IMG/VR virus record: IMGVR_UViG_3300032250_000128
Location: 1-46,052 of that record
Direction: 5' to 3' (one strand)
Length of the DNA stretch: 46,052 nucleotides
Source: a virus
Lineage: Duplodnaviria; Caudoviricetes
Shown here: positions 7,069 to 14,898 of the stretch, piece after piece
Layout of the letters: each line of letters starts with the position of its first letter
Numbering within the stretch: position 1 is the first letter of the stretch
The notes under the pieces: generated by a model
Databases searched by the model: none
What the model saw: only the letters and a program-made list of their open reading frames with translations
What the model was told of the DNA's origin: nothing
Program-made: the position numbers and the translations under genes

Positions 7069-9441
7069 TCAGATGTGCTTGTTGGCAACTTCAAGCGCCT
7101 TGGCGACGGTATCGTCGTGCTCGTTAAGGAGCTTTTCAGTGCTTGATGTTACATGATTTTTCGCCGTCTTGGCGAGTTCGCGGAGGTTCACTGCGCCGCC
7201 TGTTGCGCGGGCAGGGCGCTGCTGCTCTCTCTCCATAGTGCGAACATGCTGGTCGTAGGCGGTCGCCAGTGTGGTGTTCATGCGATTGAACACGCGCCGG
7301 GCGACTGCGTTTTCCTCGACTAGTCGAGCCAACTGAGCCACCTGATTGGGATCCTTTGAGAGGACCATAGGCATCATGGCGCTGGCTACACGACGATCTG
7401 CCGCCGCGTACATGCCCTTTCCAGCAGCTCCGATGCCTGCGGCGATCAGCGCCTTTGTGATTGTCTCCGGCGGAAGGGCCGCCTGCATCTGAATGATGTT
7501 GGGTAGGTTATCTATCGCCGCAGCAGTCAGTCCAGCAGTAACACCAACCGTCCCGGCGGTGGGGCCGCCAGTAGCAGGGCGCATTTGCGGGAGGCGGCGA
7601 AGAACGTCCTCCGCTATCACAGACCCTGCAATCTGGTAGTACCGGTCATCGCCAAGAACAGTGCGCATGTCGCGCTGAAAATTTTTATCGTTGCGGAACT
7701 TATTGGCTAGAGGGCCAATGTTTCCACTCATAGCCCTCTGCGAGATGGCGTGAGCCACACCAACGCGCAGGGCTTCCTGATTTTCAGGAGGCATTGACTG
7801 AAACTCGCGCCTCACATCCCCGCGCTTAAACGGGTTCTGCTGCGCCGAGAAAAGAGATTGGGCGAAGTTGAAGCCGGCCTCTGGTGCGCTTTCTCCCTGA
7901 AACGTCCTGCGGCTTACGCCGAGAGCTGTTTCGTACTCCGGAACAACACGGTAGATCCTTTGGCGCAGCTCGTTACGGGTCGCCGCATATTCGCCGGCAA
8001 GGTCATTCGACCCTTCCCGCTTAGCCTTCTCGATCATATCACCGAACTTCTGGTCAACCTTGTGCCAGTAGCTCAGATTGCCGTCGATAACTTGTGCAGG
8101 CTGACCGGGAGATCCCGGCTGGGGCCGGAGCCCCTGCGGCGTCTGAACAATCTTGCTTTCAACAGCAGGGATCGCAGGAATTTCCTGAAACGGCCTAATG
8201 TTAAAGCGCGTCAGCTCTTCAGCGGAAATATCCGCCTTCCGCATTGCCTCCTGCATGGACGGCGCGCGCATCAGATCACGCAGAACTCCACTGGGAATGG
8301 CGTCTGCATTGGGGTTTGAGCGAGCAAGATTGAACACGATGTCGCGGGTGATATTGCCCTGTTCACGCTTAAATTGCGTAAACGCATCCGCATCCACAGG
8401 GCGGCCAACCGCAGACGCGACAGTTTGATCAACCCTGTCGCCTGCTTGGCCAGCACGCTCCGCCATATCGGCATTGAACTGGGCGAGGCGCGTCTGGTTA
8501 AGAGACGAAGTCCCGGCCTTTTTCTGGATCAGGAGCATAGTCTCCGGACCCGCCATGTCTGTCAGAGTGACAGGGCGGCCCTCATTGATCGCCTGCCGGA
8601 CCTGTTCCGGCGTCATGCGCAACTGGCCCTTGCTCTGGTCTCGCAGGAGAGCGTCAGCAATCTCGTCACGGGCGGTGGCCGCCGGTAAAAGCGTATTGGC
8701 GACCTTGGCCCCAGCGAACCCGCCGCCAAGGGCCGACACGAGCCGCCAGAAAGGCTCGTTCTCTTGCCCCTTTGTAATCTGCCCAGCCGTCTCGCCAGCC
8801 GCCCCAGCGGCTGCGCCAGTCAGTACACGGCCAGCCATAGTGCGGACGCCTCCGGGGAGGCCAGTGACGCCGCCCATGACAGCCTCTTCCGCCACCTTTC
8901 CGTAGGGCGTCTCTGGCTCACGGGCCAGCAAAGGCAACTGCGTTCCGAACAGCTCCGGGCGAGCCTTCAGTTCCTCGCGCGTGCCCTTGAACGTCGGCTG
9001 GCCTGAGTAGGGAGACACATTCCCGGCCTTCTGCTCGGGTGTCAGCTCAAGCCCAAAGAGCGGAGCTTCGCGACGCTTCCGTGCCTCGGCGGGCGAAATA
9101 AGATCCGCCTTTTCCATGCCGCTGTAGAAAAGATTTCGCCCCAGTGTGGGGAGGTCGTAGCCGACCGTGCGCTCAACGCTGCCGGCTGCTCCGCGCATAA
9201 GGGAGGGAACAGAGCGCCCGGCCTCGGCCAGCGCGCTCATGCCAACATCCCGAGCCGTGCTCTGAATGTTTTCACGCTTCTGTTCTGGCGTCGGCGGAGG
9301 TGCCGGCGGCTCAGGCTCTACGAACTTGAGAGGCCCGCTCAGGGGTCCAGAGCTGGGCGGCGCGGGTTCGCGGCGAGGCTCCGGCTCAATGAAACGGAGA
9401 GGCCCCTCAATGAGTTGGGCAAGCTGAATTTGATCAGCCAC
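7069..9441 (-). CDS. Putative internal virion/ejection protein
   Basis: 790 aa, helical, with Ala/Gly-rich amphipathic stretches. Lies at the end of the structural block. C-terminal RATGG motif. Confidence 0.65.
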   Translation of the reverse strand: MADQIQLAQLIEGPLRFIEPEPRREPAPPSSGPLSGPLKFVEPEPPAPPPTPEQKRENIQSTARDVGMSALAEAGRSVPSLMRGAAGSVERTVGYDLPTLGRNLFYSGMEKADLISPAEARKRREAPLFGLELTPEQKAGNVSPYSGQPTFKGTREELKARPELFGTQLPLLAREPETPYGKVAEEAVMGGVTGLPGGVRTMAGRVLTGAAAGAAGETAGQITKGQENEPFWRLVSALGGGFAGAKVANTLLPAATARDEIADALLRDQSKGQLRMTPEQVRQAINEGRPVTLTDMAGPETMLLIQKKAGTSSLNQTRLAQFNADMAERAGQAGDRVDQTVASAVGRPVDADAFTQFKREQGNITRDIVFNLARSNPNADAIPSGVLRDLMRAPSMQEAMRKADISAEELTRFNIRPFQEIPAIPAVESKIVQTPQGLRPQPGSPGQPAQVIDGNLSYWHKVDQKFGDMIEKAKREGSNDLAGEYAATRNELRQRIYRVVPEYETALGVSRRTFQGESAPEAGFNFAQSLFSAQQNPFKRGDVRREFQSMPPENQEALRVGVAHAISQRAMSGNIGPLANKFRNDKNFQRDMRTVLGDDRYYQIAGSVIAEDVLRRLPQMRPATGGPTAGTVGVTAGLTAAAIDNLPNIIQMQAALPPETITKALIAAGIGAAGKGMYAAADRRVASAMMPMVLSKDPNQVAQLARLVEENAVARRVFNRMNTTLATAYDQHVRTMEREQQRPARATGGAVNLRELAKTAKNHVTSSTEKLLNEHDDTVAKALEVANKHI

Positions 9442-12400
9442 GGCGGCTCTCCGTCTGCTGGCGAAGCTGGCGAACGCGGTTCGGGTCTATGCCAAAGTAG
9501 CGCAATGTGTTTTCTCCGAACTGGCTTGCGATCTGCAAGATCTGTTCAGCCGGGAGCTGAGCGGCATTCTTGGCGACGTATTCAAAAACAGTCATGGGCT
9601 GACCGCCAACAGATGTCGTCCCCTCCAGCCGGGTGTCCATCATCTTCTCAAGATTGCTGCGATCCTGCGCGAAGAATGGCTCGCCATAGCGGCGGTCAAA
9701 CTCTTGGTTGGCCTCTTGGCCGGTCAAGCGAGCGTAGTCAGAGAACACGCCACGCTCTCCGCCCGGAGCCGTAGATCCCGCCTCAATCCACTGCGAGAAC
9801 CAGCGGTCCTTGTCGATGTTGCGCTGCGTGTCAGTGAGAACCTTGGCGAGGATCTTACGCTGGCCTTCCGGCGCGTTTTTTAGGCTGACAAGGCTCTTGG
9901 CCATCTCCTCAAGCGCCGCAACAGCGCGCTGCCCGGCCTCGGAGGTGGTCTGACCGCGAAGCTTGTTGATTTCCTTCTCAACGCTTTCGCGCGAGGCGAG
10001 GATTTCAGGGTCAATGACCGCCCCAATCCGACCAGTGGCAACCTCGACGAGGTTGTTCATCGCGGCGACATACGGCGCTATGGCCTGCGTGAAGGGGCCG
10101 CTCGTGCCGAGGCTCTGCCCACGAGGCAGAGAGAGGATCGTTGCCGTCAGGGGCAGGGTAGCCTGAATGACACCCTGAGAGGCTGTAGCCGCCGCCCTCT
10201 GGGGCTGGAAGAAGTCGCTCTTTCTGCGGTCCTCAAGGGACTGGCGGCCTTCAAGCGAAACCCGACGCGCCAGCTCAAATGCGCTGGTGCGGTCCTCTGG
10301 GGAAAGCTCGACGGCTGTCGGAATGCCGCTTGGGCGAGTTGCGCCGGCCTCCGAGGGTACGGGCCTGCCCGGTTGCTCTGTAGTGGGAGCCGGGGGCGTG
10401 GATCCGCCAGCAGGAGGCTGCTGCGTGCCGGTGGCCCCAGCCGCAACCGATGGAGCTGCCTGCTTGCGATACGTCGGCTCGATTGACTCCAAATACTCCC
10501 TGAAGCGCGGATCAACCGGCGGGCGCTTGTCGCGAGGAAGCGAGAAGTAATCCGCAAAGCCCATGGTGCCGTAGCTGCCATCAGGCTTGAGGAAGCGAAC
10601 CATGCCGCGACCCGCGTACTCGAAGAATGCCTTCTGGGAGATGTCAGCCATCTGGGCTTCTGTCCGCGCCCTGCTCTCGCCCATCTCCTGCTGCTGCTTC
10701 TGGAGAGCGGTGTAAGCCCCTGTGCCGCCCACCAAGCCCTCGCCAACTGCGCTGGCAAGATAGGGCGAGCGAGAAGACAGCATCGAGCCAATGCCGGCGA
10801 GAACAGGAACCACGAAGTTCTCGGAGGTCAGCGCCTTTTGTGTTGGCGTTCCCTCACCCTCCATGCCAAACGCTCGGCGGGCGAGCGTCAAGAACGGTGC
10901 GGAGGCCGGATCCATTGGGCCGCGACCGGGGCCGGCGAGGCCGGGCGTCACGCGCTCGGCAACGACGCCGGTGGGATTGGATGCCCGCACGACCCCGGCG
11001 GGACGCGCGCCACCGACATCAACGCCGCGAACAATTCGCGTCGGCCCGAAGTCAGTGTACTCGCGATCCTTCGCCCACGAGGGGACGGGCTCGCGGTCGC
11101 CACGATCTCGCGCCAATTGAGCCTGAGCTGCGGGGGCATAAAAATGCAACGCCCCGCCAGTGATGTCCTCGCCACCCCGCGCAGCAGTAAGAGCGTCGCG
11201 CGCCATCTGGAAGCGGGGGCTGTCGGCTGCGTATCTCATTGGATAGTTTGGCGCTTCCGGGTTCGACCACGGCTCAAACTGCCGAGGAGCCTGAACAATG
11301 CCCCTGTACGTATCGCCCCACCGACCAGAGGCGCGACGGTTCTCAATCACATGTGCAATTGCCCGCGCCTCTTCAGGATTGCCGCCGCTCATCTCTGCGG
11401 CGATGGTCCTGATGGCGTAGTCCTCATCCGACATGCCGTCGCTGGTCGGAGATCCACCAGCCTGATAGCCCTGCCGAGGCGCGAGGCCCGCCGCCACGTC
11501 GGTGGCGCGCTTGTAATCAACCATCTTGAGGCCGCCGAGGCCGGCGACCGCGTCGCCATGGCCATTGTGCTCCAGATCCTGCGCCATTAGGCCGAGCTGG
11601 GTCTTGGGCGAGCCCTTCATGTTGTAGCGATAGATCGGCTGGCCGTCGTAAAGCTCGCCGACTCGCTCGATGTTGTCCTTCATGCGGGCGTCGGACATTG
11701 AGAAGATGGTCGCGCCAATCTTGGCGAGATTTGCAATGTCGCCAAGCCCGCTGCCGCCAGAGCTGGGAGGCGGAGACGCGGGCTTCAGCATCTCGTACTT
11801 CTGGTTGTCGTCCTCGCCAATTTCCTGAAGCGGGTCTTTGCCCACTTCTTCGGTCGCGTAAGGCAGTGATCCGCCGAGATCGTAGTGGCCACGGATCAGG
11901 CCGCCACGGGCAGCGAACATGCTCGTGATGTCCTCGACCTCCGGGATCTCTGCACTGGCGAGGCCGACGCTTGCAGGTGGAGCGCTGGCGATGGGAGTGC
12001 CCCCAGCAACGCCCGGCTTGGCGACATTTTCAACGGACGGGGTCTTTGCGGAGGCCGTTGCAGCGCCGGGTCGATTTCCACGCAGGTAGTCGTAGCCCTC
12101 TTTGCCCATCTTAACGAGGCCGGCGATCTGCGATCCCGTCTGCGCGGCTTCCGAGAGGCCAGAAGCGCGCTGCGCAGGCAACCCACCAGCCGTAATAAGC
12201 TTTGGCTGCGCAATCTGCGACTGCGGAATATAGCCAGCCGCGCCGACGCCACCCTTGTCCGCTCCGCCGTAGATGCCCTTGCCACCATAGAATGCGAGCG
12301 GCTGGCCAATTGCAGCTAGGATCGACTGCATATCGGCGTCGCCGACAACCTGACCGCCTGTCGCGTATGCGCCAGAGCGGCCAACGAGGCCGCCCATGGA

Positions 12401-13423
12401 GTTCATATCCACCACTTTGTGGCCGTTTACGTCACCAACGAGGCCGGGGGCGCGCTCCTCGATGTCCTGTGCCATGGGGCCGACGCGCTTGGGCGGCATG
12501 GGCCGGCCCTCTTCTTCAGCGCGACGCACGTCGTCAATGTAGTCGTAGGCGTAGAGACCATCCCCGAGGGGTTGGATGTTGGTCTTTTCGCGCTCGTCCG
12601 AGAAGAACGGGGCAGGCTGCGTTGTGGTGGTCGTGGAACCAGACAGCGCACCAGTACCCATCGCAATGTTTGCGAGGAACTGAGCGACTTGGAACGGATA
12701 GCCACGCTCCTGAAGGAACTGGTTGTAGAGAGCCTGCTTGCCAGCCTGCTCCGTCTGCTGCTCTGCGGTGCCCGCGCCAAGCTGGGCCTGCGCTCCGGCC
12801 AACGCCGCCTGCTGCGACTGAGCGCCAAGACCGCCAAGCTGTTGACCAGCCGCCAACTGGCGCTGGAGATCCTGCGCGAGGACGTTCTGCTGGCCCATCG
12901 CCGTCTGGACGCCCTGCTGGTATCCCTGCATCATAAGCGGCGAGATCGCCTGCGCCGTGGCAAGGTTCTGCTGGCCCTGAAGCTGGGCGCGCTGAATGCC
13001 CGCCCGGTCGCCACCAAAGGCCCCGCCCTTGATTGCTTCGGCCTGCTGCTGGGCGAGCTGCTGCCCCTGCTGCTGCTGAAGGCCTGCCAGCGTGGAGCCG
13101 ACGACCGACTGCGTGAACGGGTTCTGATAGTAGCCGATCTGCTGCTGCGTCAGCGGCCCAACGCCCTGAGCGCCACCAAGCGTAAGCCCGGCGGCGGTCT
13201 GGAAGTACGGCTGGGTCATCCCAGCCGACTGATTGATGTTCTGAATGGCGGAGCGCTGCGTCTGCGTCAGCGGCGCAACGAACGCGCTGGGGTCTTGACT
13301 GTAAGCCTGAAAGGGCTGAGCGGCGGCGGTTTCCGCTCGCGCATTAACGGCGTTGTAACGCGCCATTACCTCCGGCGGAATTTGAACCTGCTGAGTAGAT
13401 GTTTGGGTCTTTCCGCCGCTCAT
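9434..13423 (-). CDS. Large internal virion/ejection protein with two S74-like autoprocessing motifs and a SleB/Hydrolase_2 cell-wall hydrolase domain
   Basis: Q/A-rich N-terminus. SDEREK..I...GPMAQD and SDARMKDNI...GLMAQD. RTIAAE...AIAHVIENR...IVQAPRQFEPW...GALHFY. Confidence 0.8.
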   Translation of the reverse strand: MSGGKTQTSTQQVQIPPEVMARYNAVNARAETAAAQPFQAYSQDPSAFVAPLTQTQRSAIQNINQSAGMTQPYFQTAAGLTLGGAQGVGPLTQQQIGYYQNPFTQSVVGSTLAGLQQQQGQQLAQQQAEAIKGGAFGGDRAGIQRAQLQGQQNLATAQAISPLMMQGYQQGVQTAMGQQNVLAQDLQRQLAAGQQLGGLGAQSQQAALAGAQAQLGAGTAEQQTEQAGKQALYNQFLQERGYPFQVAQFLANIAMGTGALSGSTTTTTQPAPFFSDEREKTNIQPLGDGLYAYDYIDDVRRAEEEGRPMPPKRVGPMAQDIEERAPGLVGDVNGHKVVDMNSMGGLVGRSGAYATGGQVVGDADMQSILAAIGQPLAFYGGKGIYGGADKGGVGAAGYIPQSQIAQPKLITAGGLPAQRASGLSEAAQTGSQIAGLVKMGKEGYDYLRGNRPGAATASAKTPSVENVAKPGVAGGTPIASAPPASVGLASAEIPEVEDITSMFAARGGLIRGHYDLGGSLPYATEEVGKDPLQEIGEDDNQKYEMLKPASPPPSSGGSGLGDIANLAKIGATIFSMSDARMKDNIERVGELYDGQPIYRYNMKGSPKTQLGLMAQDLEHNGHGDAVAGLGGLKMVDYKRATDVAAGLAPRQGYQAGGSPTSDGMSDEDYAIRTIAAEMSGGNPEEARAIAHVIENRRASGRWGDTYRGIVQAPRQFEPWSNPEAPNYPMRYAADSPRFQMARDALTAARGGEDITGGALHFYAPAAQAQLARDRGDREPVPSWAKDREYTDFGPTRIVRGVDVGGARPAGVVRASNPTGVVAERVTPGLAGPGRGPMDPASAPFLTLARRAFGMEGEGTPTQKALTSENFVVPVLAGIGSMLSSRSPYLASAVGEGLVGGTGAYTALQKQQQEMGESRARTEAQMADISQKAFFEYAGRGMVRFLKPDGSYGTMGFADYFSLPRDKRPPVDPRFREYLESIEPTYRKQAAPSVAAGATGTQQPPAGGSTPPAPTTEQPGRPVPSEAGATRPSGIPTAVELSPEDRTSAFELARRVSLEGRQSLEDRRKSDFFQPQRAAATASQGVIQATLPLTATILSLPRGQSLGTSGPFTQAIAPYVAAMNNLVEVATGRIGAVIDPEILASRESVEKEINKLRGQTTSEAGQRAVAALEEMAKSLVSLKNAPEGQRKILAKVLTDTQRNIDKDRWFSQWIEAGSTAPGGERGVFSDYARLTGQEANQEFDRRYGEPFFAQDRSNLEKMMDTRLEGTTSVGGQPMTVFEYVAKNAAQLPAEQILQIASQFGENTLRYFGIDPNRVRQLRQQTESRRG

Positions 13424-13438
13424 CTTAAGTCCCTCAAA

Positions 13439-13930
13439 TTATTCAGCAGCCTGACGCCATTCTCCGGTCCTGACGCCATATAGAAAGTATGCCCCGGAGG
13501 CCTTACCAAAGATCCGCTCGTACATTCGGATCTTGCCCTCTGTCCGCTCGTTGGAGAGAACGCCGATAGTCAGCGGTATCCCCAACTCGTCGGACACCTT
13601 CTTTCCAAACTCGCAAAGCTTGCGAGCCCTTCCACCCTTGGCGGAGCGATAATCCGGGTGAATAAAAACGGCACGCTCCTCAAGTATTTCCGCATCACTA
13701 TACCAGATGTTGCCAATTCGCAAAAGAATGGCTCCCTGCGGCTTCTGCCCCGGAACCCCGACGATCCCGATGATCCCTTTGTCTCTATTAAGGGCTGGCC
13801 ATATCTCCCCAAGCAGTCGCTCCGGATTCGGCTGAACGAAGCCGTTCTCGTCGCACGCCGCGAGCGCCAGCTCCATGATGTCATAAACGTCTTCTGGTGT
13901 GCCTACCCAGACCTTCAGTTCGTTCGTCAT
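13439..13930 (-). CDS. GNAT-fold (acetyltransferase-like) phage protein
   Basis: VFIHPDYRSAKGGRARKL resembles the acetyl-CoA-binding motif A. GGGAG RBS. Confidence 0.65.
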   Translation of the reverse strand: MTNELKVWVGTPEDVYDIMELALAACDENGFVQPNPERLLGEIWPALNRDKGIIGIVGVPGQKPQGAILLRIGNIWYSDAEILEERAVFIHPDYRSAKGGRARKLCEFGKKVSDELGIPLTIGVLSNERTEGKIRMYERIFGKASGAYFLYGVRTGEWRQAAE

Positions 13931-13949
13931 AGTTCTCCCCTTATTTGCC

Positions 13950-14501
13950 TCAGTCACGGCGAGGCCCCGGTAGCTTTTTGAGCGTACTAATCGTCTCCGC
14001 TCGGGTCTGCTTCACCCATTGATCGAGCGCCTTGTGGCCGGCATCCATGTCTCCGCCGCCAGCCCACGCAACCTCGTCCGGCGTCAGAACGTACTCGCCA
14101 CCAGCCGCGACGATAGCCACTGGCTCGCCAACAGATCCGCCCTCGGCATACGCGCCGGCTGGCGCTTTGCCAAACATCGTCTTGACAGTGCGAAACCCCG
14201 CCATCGTATTTCCCTCGCCAAGCGCGGAAACAATGTCTGCGGGGATCACATACGAGCCAGACGGAACGTGCATAGGCAAGTGGTCCGTGCGCCCGGCAAC
14301 CGGCGAGTGAATCGGCCCAACGTGCAGCTTTGAGGCAGTGGGTATCTGCGGCTTCGGAGGAGACATACCGCCCATAGCGCGAGCTTCCCGCGCGGTCTTT
14401 AAGGCGATGGCTATCGCCTGCTTCTGGGGGCGACCAGAGTGGACCAACTCTGAAATATTGGAGCTGACCGTCTTCTGAGATGAACCCTTCTTGAGCGGCA
14501 T
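13950..14501 (-). CDS. Virion-cluster protein with A-x-GG...G(S/E)YV repeats
   Basis: N-terminal MPLKKGSSQKTVSSNISEL...QAIAIAL, then RAMGG...RTDH...SGSYVIPADIV and YAEGG...GGEYVLTPDEV. Confidence 0.75.
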   Translation of the reverse strand: MPLKKGSSQKTVSSNISELVHSGRPQKQAIAIALKTAREARAMGGMSPPKPQIPTASKLHVGPIHSPVAGRTDHLPMHVPSGSYVIPADIVSALGEGNTMAGFRTVKTMFGKAPAGAYAEGGSVGEPVAIVAAGGEYVLTPDEVAWAGGGDMDAGHKALDQWVKQTRAETISTLKKLPGPRRD

Positions 14502-14504
14502 CTC

Positions 14505-14858
14505 TTACCCCTGCGAATAGGTGACGTTGATTGACTGCCCCGTTCCCGGAGCAATAACCAACCCGTCGGTGAAGACCATGTTTACCGCATAAACGCCAAC
14601 CGTGGCGGGCGTCGTGACAAGAGCGTTTGCCGGCGCGCCCCCAGAGGGTGTGCCGGCGTTGTAGATCAGGCCGTTCGCGCTGCCAGCTACAACAACCGAG
14701 AACGAAATCAATCGACCGCTGCCGGTGATGACGAGGGTGGATGAAGTAACGGTTGCCGAAGTAACAGTCGGGTTCAGCGCGGAAAGCGCCTGAAATATGT
14801 TGTTGATGGCGACAACGCCGTTCTTTTGGGTGGTTAACAAATCACCAAGAGAGGCCAT
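14505..14858 (-). CDS. Small beta-rich structural protein
   Basis: 117 aa, Thr/Val/Gly-rich, GGAG RBS, in the structural operon. Confidence 0.7.
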   Translation of the reverse strand: MASLGDLLTTQKNGVVAINNIFQALSALNPTVTSATVTSSTLVITGSGRLISFSVVVAGSANGLIYNAGTPSGGAPANALVTTPATVGVYAVNMVFTDGLVIAPGTGQSINVTYSQG

Positions 14859-14898
14859 ACTTGACTCCATTCAAAAACGATGGCGAGTTTGCTAAACA

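Noticed and set aside
9434-13423. Tape measure protein
   Set aside because: No tail tube or tail-assembly chaperone genes lie nearby. The context (adaptor, hub, GNAT, large helical proteins) fits podovirus ejection proteins.
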